64,000 nucleotides of DNA from Macrostomum lignano (lineage: Eukaryota): NCBI GenBank assembly GCA_002269645.1, contig NIVC01001587.1:186001-250000 (forward strand), read 5' to 3'. Of this stretch, positions 54,801 through 64,000 are shown piece after piece. The notes beneath the pieces are model-generated. The model was not told the DNA's origin, did not search any database, and saw nothing but the letters and a program-made list of their open reading frames with translations. Numbering within the stretch: the first letter of the stretch is position 1; every line of letters starts with the position of its first letter. The position numbers and the translations under genes were made by a program.

Positions 54801-55506
54801 TAACACGAGTTGCGCTACGCGCGGCCATTAGGTTGAAGGAGATGAACTTGTGATCCGATAGTGAGGACACTGGAAGCACCCGCCACGCCCCAATACTCTG
54901 GTAGAGTCTGGGCGTTGCGAGCGTAGCGTCGATCACCTCCGACCACCGTCCGTTGTCAAAGGTAGGGGTGGACCCAGAGTTGCAGAACTCGAGGGTCGTA
55001 GAGGCAACGTAGGCTAGGAGGTCTTCGCCTCTCTGATTAATGCCAGTGCTGCCCCAGTGAGTGTGGTGGGCGTTGATGTCGCCGGCAACCATGAGCTCGT
55101 AGTTTTTGGCAGAGCAGAGCTCTACCAGCGTAGCGAGGGCTCTGGGGACGACCGCAGCATCGCCTGGTAGGTAAACCGAGGCAATGAGGGTGGTCTTCCC
55201 AGGAAGAAGGTCCTCGGATTGGATGACGCAGATGTCCCTGTTGGACAGGTCCGATCTGAGCCACGCACTGAGCGTTTTGCTCGCAAAGATGCAAGCTCTG
55301 GGAGGCTGGTTGGCCTCGCGAGGGTAAGTATAAAAACAATTGTAGCCAGCAGGGGCGTTTTGAGGCTTACCTCTGAGAGTCCAGGGTTCCTGGACGAGGA
55401 TGAGCCCCGGCTTGTCGAGCTCGGCGTAACGCATAAGGTTGACCGAGGCTGCGACGCAGTGCTGCAGATTAATCTGCAGGCAATGGATTCCCTGGTTGCT
55501 GATCAT
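51802..55506 (-). CDS. Retrotransposon ORF2: APE endonuclease, reverse transcriptase, RNase H, CCHC knuckle
   Basis: Uninterrupted ORF of about 1234 aa from ATG 55506. LQINLQH, LVQEPW, GDINAHH, LSDH (APE); FRPISLTS, GSPQGGVLSP, GYADDV (RT); YTDGS, NEVLAI, HSDSQAAL, WIPGHAGFPGNELAD (RNase H); CPFC-X8-H-X4-C. Confidence 0.95.
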   Translation of the reverse strand: MISNQGIHCLQINLQHCVAASVNLMRYAELDKPGLILVQEPWTLRGKPQNAPAGYNCFYTYPREANQPPRACIFASKTLSAWLRSDLSNRDICVIQSEDLLPGKTTLIASVYLPGDAAVVPRALATLVELCSAKNYELMVAGDINAHHTHWGSTGINQRGEDLLAYVASTTLEFCNSGSTPTFDNGRWSEVIDATLATPRLYQSIGAWRVLPVSSLSDHKFISFNLMAARSATRVMWRRNARNTDWETFGLALKEFHRSPGQPFTITSCREADECATVLTETLTAAFEASCPLKAYKGKKSAPWWNPELGNLRRRAKRLHRRATKTKSPADQTAYHEAIHEFKRQVRNAKAQKWRQYCEELEGSRPTSRVVKALTLDKMSKLSSVKRTDGTSTDNPGETLDVMLTAFFPNEPANQTTPDHSEGGHALAASIITEDRIVRAANSFKPFKAPGPDGIVPALLREAVKCPGFLRKLCSLLRACITLGYVPQAWTEAKVIFIPKPGRPDYHSIKSFRPISLTSSLVKLMERLVLWRLLSVELKNKPLSENQHAFRAGRSTESALHVLVDKLEKAVLGSGFALGIFLDIIGAFDNVLFEAFRRALCERLTHSHLTRWIMYMISHRTATASLLGYQRTVPVCKGSPQGGVLSPVLWNMVIDELLRDVRPDPILKVGYADDVTAVASGPSPDTLRDLLQNFIYAAEQWADRCGLRLSETKTAAIMFTSRTKWQIRPLTLYGREIPFCKQTKCLGITLDHRLNWSPHVQTKAKKAFAVLAQLRRAVGTTWGLTPKRLWWIYTAMVRPAISYGGLIWASALQIKTCLEALRRAQGRACRTIMSAPPSAPYDGLNAFLNIPPLDIFVRREAAKTARRLADAGIRIQPHRAMAKRKLLPHADLCLKDLRDSGGLHVLSDGEPRTLNLFQRYKVTIPSRDAANDHWNFQEVHCYTDGSIKDGRAGFGVCIIINGRVIATHAQHTGRLSTVFQNEVLAISSCAAELNAKVTRGKTIVIHSDSQAALQALCHTTTNSRTVADCARQLNLLARSNTVRLKWIPGHAGFPGNELADTLAKRGGSGSFFGPAPLVPMPLTVINRQIDDWADSLHRDRWAGTQNCRQSRAAVPCPSHRLRNILLNQNRKDIRALVMTLTGHGYLARHCFLRGDLESEICPFCECDNEDAQHFVCHCPFFNRDRLRYLGPNPSIDEVCQPDSIPRLIQFLRATRRASFFPTEDHAAGRTGGPP

Positions 55507-55508
55507 TA

Positions 55509-56974
55509 TCACGCAGTTGGGGAATCGTTGAGCAGGTCATCCTCCTCCTTTTCAGTGGTGGGTGACCCGCAGACCTCCATGGGAGTTTCAGCGTCCTCAG
55601 CAGTTAGGGTGGCTGTGGAGTCCTCCGCGGACGTGAGCCCAGCGTGGACGTTACCGTCGCCTCTCCTGCGTGCTTCGGTGCTGTCACTGCCCGTCCCCTC
55701 TGCCTCGTCGGTCAGGTCGATGCGGGTGGCGCCAGCCTCCTGGTGAGTCACAGACTCGAACCAGTCGGTCGGAGCCTCCCCGCTTAGAGTCTGGCCTTCT
55801 GGCTGTTGGGGTGGAGCGCGAGAAGCGCGGGCCCGCTCACGATGCGCACGAAGGTTCTTGGCCTGGTCCAGCGCGCGCTGGATCAGGCCGGACCTCCGGG
55901 TGCTCCTGGCGGGTCTGCGATTGCGATTTCCGGTTTCAGCAGCGCGAACTGCCTTACCGGGCATAGGATCGGCCGTTTGCCTCGGCTTCTTTGCCGGAGG
56001 AGCCTGGGCCCCAGTTCCGGTTTCGGAAGCTTTGGCATTCTTGGCTTCATCAGCTTTCCGCTCCTCGCAACGGAGGATGGTCAGCTGAGTCAGACCAATA
56101 TGAATTGTGGACTTAGGCGGCAAGCGCTTAGCCCAGTCATCAGAGAGCCCTAGGATCACCGTAGCCCCCTTCTCCTTGCGGGAAGTGGCGTGGTGTAGGA
56201 GCCCGTTGACCTTAAGGTCGGGGTGCAGCTTTAGCAATATTTGCCTAAGCTGATCTCCGGACTTAATGGCACTGCCGGCCGGGATCCAGACGCGAAAGCG
56301 CTGGGTCTTCTGTCGTTCGCCCTCGCTGGCGAAGACGAGCTTGCCGAGCTTCTTGGGCCAGTTCAGCTTTGGCAGAAGCTCGCGTAGATTGCGGCTGCTC
56401 TCCTCCGAGCTGCACCAGATGAAGATGCAGCCGTCGGTCTTGGCAGACTTGACCACGCTCACAGGGCGGCCCGCCAGGAGCTGGTCGATGAGCGCAGCAT
56501 CGATGGTGCGCCAGGCACTGTCGAGCTCGTCGGCCGTGAGGTCCTGCTCTTCCCCGAAGACGATGACCGCCGGTTGGAGCTTGACCTTTGAGGCGTAGTT
56601 GGTGGCGGCGGTTCCCGAAGGCCCGGCCGCGCTTGTAGCAGGTATACTGGGTGGCTCACCAGCGGGGGTTGTATCCTGGGGGCAGGGGTTGCTGTGGTTC
56701 CTTTCGGCCCAACAGCAGCCTCGCCCTCCCTAGGTTCCCCTTCCGCCGGTGGCCGGCCCGCAGTACCCCGTAGTCGCCGTCGCCGCTCGTTGCGGCGTTG
56801 GTTGCGGGTGCGTCGGGCTTCAGCGGAGGGCCCGGTTGCGCGTGCGGGCATGTCACCAGCCGAGCCGGCGGCAAGCCCATCTGCCCCCGGTGGGGCGGCG
56901 CTGGTGCCAGAGTCACCGGCCGGAGTTGCCGGGGCCCCGGCTTCAGCGGGGGTTAAAGAGGCGGATGACGCCAT
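55509..56974 (-). CDS. Retrotransposon ORF1 (about 488 aa), split by a 1-nt frameshift in this sequence
   Basis: The frame from ATG 56974 (basic RNQRRNERRRR) overlaps a -1 frame open from about 56730 to 55509 (NYASKVK..IVFGEE..RFRVWIP, DUF4780-like by resemblance). Adding one C to the C5 run at 56678-56682 fuses them. Confidence 0.8.
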
Positions 56975-57968
56975 AGCTGAAAGCGGGAAGGAGTGAGCTG
57001 AGTCACAAAAGAAAGAGGAAAGAAGAAAAAGAAAAGGACCGCTAGCGACCGGACAACCCCCCGGCCTTCCAGCCCATCGGCACGGTCAAACACCTTAGGC
57101 ATTAGGGGGTACGTTAAGCAGTACCACGGCCTGCAGGCTGGCAAGCCAGACCCGCATACCCAAATTCGGCCGAAGCCACTGGATGGGTCGCCAGCGTCGG
57201 AGCCCAGTCTGTCCAGCAGCCCTAGGGTCTGCCTTGAACACACGCGGGGACGAGTACCCTGGGTCGACTTGTGAAACAGCGTGAGGGGGGGGGGTCTGCG
57301 GCTGCCAGTGGCAAATAGCGGGTGCAGACCTCCCTCTCCAGCCTTGACCTGCTGAATATAGGGGCAGGCGTGAAGCATCGCAGACCGTAGCCCTTAGGCC
57401 TGGTCTGTCTCATACTTCACTGGCGTGCTGAATACACCTTCGCGTGCTTAATCGTTAGCTTCATCCGCAAGCGCGTTAACGGCGTTGTTCGAGCTACTTG
57501 TATTCGAGATTATTTGATATTTGACTATTGCAATAAACTACTCGTAATTTCTTTATTTGATTCATATTCCAAGGAACTCATGAGCTACGCGCATTCATCT
57601 GATTCACTGAGAATTTGCGTGAAGCCTTAATTGTTTTAATTTTTGTTTGTTCTGTAAATTGCCCACCGACCATAAGTTAATGATGCGGATTTGCTGCCCA
57701 AGCCTTGTTTTTATAGCACAGTATATATGGCAGTATTTTCATCATGAATTTACGTTAACTCACTTCTATTTTTTACCTTAGCTAGTCAGTGTTTATTTAT
57801 GTAAACATTACAAGTTTGCTTCCTTTTTATAGTTACGTTTCGCACTTCGTTTTTGTCTATTTATTGCTTGCCATATTAAAAAAAATGCATTGAAATTCCT
57901 CTGAAACTATAAAATTTTGCTTTTTAAAGGCTGGCAATGCTTCAATAAAATTATTTAAAATTCATCAT

Positions 57969-58095
<127 letters not shown>

Positions 58096-58779
58096 AATAT
58101 GAATTTCGGGATTCTGATAAATTTTTACCTCAGTGCTAATGCAGTGTTCAACCAAAAGCAGCTGCATGTTTTCATCAGTTCAGCTCGAAATCAAATTACC
58201 CTTCCGATGCTTAAAAGAATCGTGAGCTTTGAGAATCGACTGAAACAGTTTTCCCCAGTGACCGGAGTTCGTTGTTTTCCAAGGCCTTTATTACATTATT
58301 CAGAAGTAGTGCGCATGCACAGCAAAAAAATTCTATAATAGCTAGGAACGGGATATTTGCAAGTCTGATTAATCCCTTGAATTCCGCTGCCAAGCGCTGC
58401 TCCCCTACTAAACAAGTTAGGATCGTATTTAAACTATTATTTTGTTCCAAATGATCCCACATACGAGAGCTACTTTTTGGACGCATGATCTTACACATAC
58501 ATTCCGCATATTACTCTATGCATGTTTGAAGCCAAGCCGGGAAGTCAGACATCGAGGCCGTTCAACAGCACAACAACTCGTCGTTTTGTCATTTCGTCGT
58601 TCGTATTATTTTTAGCCAAAATTATGACATTATGTTAAGCTTCTTAACTATACATTCTGCCTTTTATTGCATGAACGAACGTGTCTCTGGAGTTTATAAC
58701 TACGACAACTAAGGTTGTTGCTATATGTACAAAAGATCGATAATATAGTACACATGGACAAACTGGAGTTGTACAGATG

Positions 58780-59159
58780 GAGCCTCTTCATATCGCCGGT
58801 TCGAAAAACGGAACCGGTTCCGAACCGGTTCGACGCTCTTCATATCGATGGTTCGAAAAACAGAATCAGTTCCGGAACATGGTTCTGGTTCTAGAATATG
58901 GTTCGAGAAATTTTCTCGATCCGTTGTCATGTTTACACTTTAACAGTAAAATATATTTGAAATCGTCAATTTTTATTATTGTTATATAATTATTCCTTCT
59001 TTGTCATATCCAAGAGGAAACAAAGTAAAAAAAACGACAAAATTAAATTGTAAAGACTGTCAAACATAAAATGGGTTCGAAGCTCCTCATTTCACACTGG
59101 TTCTGGTTCTAGAACTCGAATTTATTCTGGTTCTAGAACCGATTGCCATGAAGAGGCTC
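58780..59159. mobile_element. MITE with TIR GAGCCTCTTCAT and a 3-bp flanking ATG duplication
   Basis: GAGCCTCTTCAT at 58780-58791 and ATGAAGAGGCTC at 59148-59159; internal palindromic GAACCGGTTC / GGTTCTAGAA subrepeats. Confidence 0.65.
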
Positions 59160-59640
59160 ATGGTAATATACATGTACATGTACACGTGTTGCCACGCACC
59201 ATGTTCAGCTTAAATCAATGGCTATTATTTTATATAAAATCGCGGATTGCTTATTTTGGGGGTATTCCATCTGGTCGACAGCCCCCGCTGGAGATGTGTG
59301 CCCTCACAATTGAACCATAGACAAAATTTTATGCAGAAATTTCTCAAAACATCTTAGAATTCTCATTAAGTTTTAAATCGATCTTTTGTCGCAGGCCATA
59401 GACAATGTTTTAGTATGAATTTTCATTATTATTTTCTCAACAGTCAGCAAGTGAAAGAATTTGTAAAAAGGAGAGAAGCGAGTGTGACAAAATTAGCCTA
59501 ACTGCTTTACCGCAGATTTGTGCTATTCAGTTTGCTATGGCTGCTGCTGAGGAAGACTTCGACTTCTCTGATTTCTTCAACTTATTTAAGAATCCACCTG
59601 CTGCTGATGCGGTGCATCCATCTTTACCTTCAATAAAGCC

Positions 59641-59811
59641 GTGTGGGTGAGTTGCTTGATTCGACCGACTTGGATCGCAGGATGTCCGAGAGTCTGCCGA
59701 ATTCTACGCGCGCGAAGTAAAAGTGGGAAGTCAAAGTGTTTAGAACATGGAAGGAAAATCGCTACGAACTGCAGCTTAGAGAAGTGAATGGCTTGATAGT
59801 GCTATAGTCTT
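59641..59811 (+). pseudogene. Possible Crypton/DUF3504-like relic with an in-frame stop
   Basis: Translates as ELLDSTDLDRRMSESLPNSTRAK*KWEVKVFRTWKENR, resembling the 'P.NT...TKWAVKVF.EW' N-terminal motif of Crypton-derived proteins. Recognised by eye only. Confidence 0.4.
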
Positions 59812-61084
59812 AAAATTTTTAAATTCGAAAATTCAAGTTCAAATTCAAATTTGGCGCGACTTCAAAAGAAAAAGAATTGTATTTTCAAACTTTTTGAACG
59901 AACCAAACAATCTAACTCACACTGCTGCACTAAAAAACTCTGCACAAAAATGAACTGCAACTGAGTAAACTGTCACAGTGTTTTAATCATGAGCGATTTT
60001 CATTGTGATCCATTGCAATTTGCAACCTAAAATAATAATGTAATGTGCCTGCAAGCAGTAATGTCACATCAGTAATCAGTATTGTCCTATGCCCTCATCC
60101 CTATGCTATGGCTATCTTAATCTATTATTAGTTATCATTAAATAGTTTATATTGATATTTAACTAAATATAAAACAAATTAACTATTATGTTTTTTTTAG
60201 TTTTTAAAAATCTTAAAAAGGCTATTTTTCTAATATTTAAGCTTAGAAATTTCTTTTAAAAGATATTTCTCAATAGGCCTACTCAAATAGTTTAGATAAG
60301 TCAGTCAATTAAATAGTTAATAGGGCCTAAGATTACATTGCCCATTTAATGATACCTTTAAATTTAAATAAGTTGTGTTATATTATATATTATCCACATA
60401 AACAATTATGTTAAAAATAAGAATTTTTTTTACTTTAACAAAATGGTTTATTTATCTATCAATTTGCACTACAAAAAGGTCTTTAACCTAATATGCTTAA
60501 TACATAAATCATAATTGAGCTGTTAAGACCTTCATTAATGTATATTTTTATGTGTTTAGTATAATAAAGTATAATAATATAAACTATGAATATAATTTAT
60601 TGTTAATCTTATTAGCATTTTCAAATGTTTAATTACTGTATATTCTATGTTTCAATATAGTTTTTTTAGATTAAAACACAAAATAGTGCATAGTTAACAT
60701 ATAGATAGCATAGATTTACTCCTCAAAAAATATTTTGATGTATACTATGCAATTTTCCTGACTATTTTTATTTATTGTTTGACTTGTAATAGTATATAAA
60801 ATATATTATAATTCTATAGTCTAATAATAGCCAATTACAAACTTCTCAAGCTTAACTTAACTATTTGATTTTTTGTTAACTACTTAAGCTTAGCTCAAAT
60901 AGAAAATCTAGGCTTATTGGGACTCTACTTCTAGGTATGCAGAAGTAGCAATTAGTTAGTATTAGATCTAGTCACTATATTATAATCAACAAATGCCAAT
61001 GAATCCCAATGCCAAGAAACTCCAAATTCAAAATTGAAAACCAACCAATAATACATTTTGATCCTCTAAGGTAAATCTCCTTTT

Positions 61085-61260
61085 AAACCATCCCACAGAA
61101 TCTTTCCTTAATCCATCCCAGAGTATCTTCCCTTAATCTATCCTAAATAATCTCCCTTTAATCTATCCCAGATAATCTCCCCTCAATCCATCCCAGATAA
61201 TCTCGCCTTAATCCATTCCAGATAATTTCCCCTAATCCATCCCAGAGAATCTCTCCTTAA
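61085..61260. repeat. Degenerate about 25-bp repeat (TAATCCATCCCAGATAATCTCCC)
   Basis: About 7 divergent units. Confidence 0.8.
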
Positions 61261-61470
61261 TACAAGTTCCATGAATTAAGGAATTTATAACTTTTAAAGG
61301 TAAAATTTCCTTTTTTCAATCGTCATTGATTGAAGCAAAATAATTAAGCATTTAATAATGCATCCATCTAACTAATAAGTAATTGTAAAAAGTCAAATTT
61401 TCTAGTTCTATTGTTTCAACTACCCACAGCTTCCAGTATTAGATTAGACCCAAACCACTACAATAAAGCA

Positions 61471-61932
61471 ATGCCCAGGAAATCCCAATTGAAAACCAAG
61501 AACCGCCCGGCGGCAGATTTAGACCAAGTTGCCGCCGATTTAGCCTCGCCGACTCGAACCCGGGACCTTCTATATCGCCAACCAGACGAAGATCTGCCAG
61601 GCGCCGGCCAGTACTATTGCCTTGTGTGCGCCAGGCACATGACGGATCGCCAGGCACTGCTGGAGCATCGGCGAGGCAAGCCGCATAAGCGCCGATTGAA
61701 GGAGCTCGGCGACAAGCCCTACGCCCAGGCTGAGGCCGACGCTGCTGGCGGTCTCGGCGTCTACAGTCGGCCGGCTGTTGGCGACAAACGGCGTCGGATT
61801 GTTGAACCGTTGAAGCCGGAGCTGAGCCTGCCGGCTGCGGGCTCGTCTGCGCCGATTGAACCGGCTGCGACTCCGGCTAAGGCTGCCAGACTGGTTGAAC
61901 AGCCTATGCGGACTGGCAATAAAGATTTGTGA
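61471..61932 (+). CDS. ZNF593: Zinc finger protein 593 / Bud20 (ribosome biogenesis, single C2H2), intronless
   Basis: DLDQVAADL..DEDLPGAGQYYCLVCARHM..LLEHRRGKPHKRRLKELGDKPYAQAEADAAGGLG. Confidence 0.93.
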   Translation: MPRKSQLKTKNRPAADLDQVAADLASPTRTRDLLYRQPDEDLPGAGQYYCLVCARHMTDRQALLEHRRGKPHKRRLKELGDKPYAQAEADAAGGLGVYSRPAVGDKRRRIVEPLKPELSLPAAGSSAPIEPAATPAKAARLVEQPMRTGNKDL

Positions 61933-61951
61933 CGCTTAGTTAGATTGCTCA

Positions 61952-62728
61952 GCTGCCTGATCCTTCAGCTCCCGCTAGCTGCCTGATCCTTCAGCTCCCG
62001 CTAGCTGCCTGATCCTTCAGCTCCCGCTAGCTGCCTGATCCTTCAGCTCCCGCTAGCTGCCTGATCCTTCAGCTCCCGCTAGCTGCCTGATCCTTCAGCT
62101 CCCGCTAGCTGCCTGATCCTTCAGCTCCCGCTAGCTGCCTGATCCTTCAGCTCCCGCTAGCTGCCTGATCCTTCAGCTCCCGCTAGCTGCCTGATCCTTC
62201 AGCTCCCGCTAGCTGCCTGATCCTTCAGCTCCCGCTAGCTGCCTGATCCTTCAGCTCCCGCTAGCTGCCTGATCCTTCAGCTCCCGCTAGCTGCCTGATC
62301 CTTCAGCTCCCGCTAGCTGCCTGATCCTTCAGCTCCCGCTAGCTGCCTGATCCTTCAGCTTCCGCTAGCTGCCTGATCCTTCAGCTCCCGCTAGCTGCCT
62401 GATCCTTCAGCTTCCGCTAGCTGCCTGATCCTTCAGCTTCCGCTAGCTGCCTGATCCTTCAGCTTCCGCTAGCTGCCTGATCCTTCAGCTCCCGCTAGCT
62501 GCCTGATCCTTCAGCTCCCGCTAGCTGCCTGATCCTTCAGCTCCCGCTAGCTGCCTGATCCTTCAGCTTCCGCTAGCTGCCTGATCCTTCAGCTCCCGCT
62601 AGCTGCCTGATCCTTCAGCTTCCGCTAGCTGCCTGATCCTTCAGCTCCCGCTAGCTGCCTGATCCTTCAGCTTCCGCTAGCTGCCTGATCCTTCAGCTCC
62701 CGCTAGCTGCCTGACCCTTCAGCTCCCG
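61952..62728. repeat. 26-bp minisatellite CTGCCTGATCCTTCAGCTCCCGCTAG, immediately 3' of ZNF593
   Basis: About 30 units. Confidence 0.95.
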
Positions 62729-62924
62729 TTACGAGTATCGCAAGTGAATTATTTCGGCTTAAACATTGCATTGCAGTTTAATTGTTATAACTTTATCGAT
62801 CGCAAACATAGAGTGGCCATGTTTAAAATTCAATAAATATTGAGTGGCTTTTCATTGTAAGCTGGAGATCTGCCTGTTCACCTTCCGTTATTTTTCTTTG
62901 GTTTTAAGCCTAAAGTCTAGCCTT

Positions 62925-63660
62925 AGATACCCCTACCCTCCTGATGCTTTGTTAGATCATTAACGAGGCCTTAGATACCCCTGATGCTTTTTTAGTTCAT
63001 TAACAAGGCCTTAGATACCCCTGATGCTTTTTTAGTTCATTAACAAGGCCTTAGATACCCCTGATGCTTTGTTAGTTCATTAACAAGGCCTTAGATACCC
63101 CTGATGCTTTTTTAGTTTATTAACAAGGCCTTAGATACCCCTGATGCTTTGTTAGTTCATTAACGAGGCCTTAGATACCCCTGATGCTTTGTTAGTTCAT
63201 TAACGAGGCCTTAGATACCCCTGATGCTTTGTTAGTTCATTAACGAGGCCTTAGATACCCCTGATGCTTTGTTAGTTCATTAACAAGGCCTTAGCTATCC
63301 CTGATGCTTTGTTAGATCATTAACGAGGCCTTAGCTATCCCTGATGCTTTGTTAGATCATTAACGAGGCCTTAGCTATCCCTGATGCTTTGTTACATCAT
63401 TAACGAGGCCTTAGATACCCCTGATGCTTTGTTAGTTCATTAAAGAGGCCTTGGGTACCCCTGATGCTTTGTTAGTTCATTAAAGAGGCCTTGGGTACCC
63501 CTGATGCTTTGTTAGTTCATTAAAGAGGCCTTGGGTACCCCTGATGCTTTGTTAGTTCATTAAAGAGGCCTTGGGTACCCCTGATGCCTTATTAGTTTAT
63601 TAACGAGGCCTTGGGTACCCCTGCTGCTTTGTTAGTTTATTAAAGAAGCCTTAGATACCC
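62925..63660. repeat. 40-bp minisatellite CCTTAGATACCCCTGATGCTTTGTTAGTTCATTAACGAGG
   Basis: About 18 units. Confidence 0.95.
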
Positions 63661-63733
63661 CCCCCCCCGATTATTAGCTCATTAATCGAAGAATCCGTAC
63701 ATTAACGTACAATACTCTTCAGAGTCTCCAACC

Positions 63734-63865
63734 ATGTTCGACCTTCTACCGTTGCTAATTGCCTACCTGGCAATCTGCACTGCGCTGTTGACTCTCTACT
63801 TTTTGTCCGACACAAAACTGCTGCGTAATTCGCCACTTAAAACCTACCTGATTCGATCCTATAAG
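63734..63865 (+). CDS. First exon of a membrane/secreted protein (N-terminus reminiscent of DHHC4-type palmitoyltransferases; unverified)
   Basis: MFDLLPLLIAYLAICTALLTLYFLSDTKLLRNSPLKTYLIRSYK, then an AAG|GTGAGA donor. TCTTCAG acceptor 11 nt upstream of the ATG. The gene runs off the window. Confidence 0.55.
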
Positions 63866-64000
63866 GTGAGACAAATAATTCCCATCTGATTTAAAATAAT
63901 GTTCTAATTAAGCTACTATAAGTAGAAATTCAAGTAGTTTTCCCTAAAACACAAAAATCCTGTTTGCACAGTCAACCGTTCGCCTCTGCCCGATTGCTAT

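Larger units (their letters stand above)
51693..57447 (-). mobile_element. Full-length non-LTR retrotransposon (APE + RT + RNase H; LOA/Lian-like within the I group)
   Basis: 14-bp TSD TTAATCGTTAGCTT at 51679-51692 and 57448-57461. About 470-nt 5' UTR, ORF1, ORF2, about 110-nt 3' UTR ending in (TAAGTCAAG)2. Clade assignment is inferred from the domain set. Confidence 0.95.

Noticed and set aside
51976-56996. Plus-strand ORFs antisense to the LINE, and antisense ORFs over PCS exon 4, the snRNP genes and the protocadherin
   Set aside because: These are GC-rich shadow frames of real coding sequence with no recognisable domains.
57225-57275. HDV-like ribozyme in the LINE 5' UTR (L3-like TCCCCGCG on the - strand)
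   Set aside because: The flanking triplets (TCG / TGT) cannot form P3, and no P1/P2/J4-2 arrangement could be built.
58211-58498. BED-finger/hAT transposase remnant (RPKSSSRMWDHLE)
   Set aside because: Only a short resemblance; correctly spaced Cys/His residues are absent.

Overview
Eukaryotic genomic DNA, with GC-rich exons, GT-AG introns and very dense minisatellites. It most resembles a free-living flatworm such as Macrostomum; this is an inference from style, not a database match. All host genes lie on the + strand, in this order: the 3' part of an acetyl-CoA hydrolase/CoA-transferase, phytochelatin synthase, a small 2-exon orphan, tandem intronless U1A-like and U2B''-like RRM genes, Ddi1, SNX3, a 7-EC protocadherin, ZNF593/Bud20, and the first exon of a membrane protein at the right edge. 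Mobile DNA comprises a full-length APE-RT-RNaseH non-LTR retrotransposon on the - strand with a 14-bp TSD, three copies of a tRNA-headed SINE, an hAT-type MITE with an 8-bp TSD that carries a minisatellite, further MITE/foldback elements and a possible Crypton relic. The most interesting signals are: (1) an operon-like co-directional cluster with splice acceptors just upstream of most starts and a Ddi1 gene with no ATG of its own, possibly supplied by the flatworm spliced-leader AUG; (2) a covarying RNA stem-loop shared by the SINE 3' end and the LINE 3' UTR; (3) splice signals in the LINE 5' UTR and a UAAUG stop-start junction between its ORFs; (4) intronic minisatellites built from amplified splice signals; (5) tandem U1A/U2B'' paralogs with opposite specificity signatures. 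Exon models were built by hand from splice sites and phase matching.
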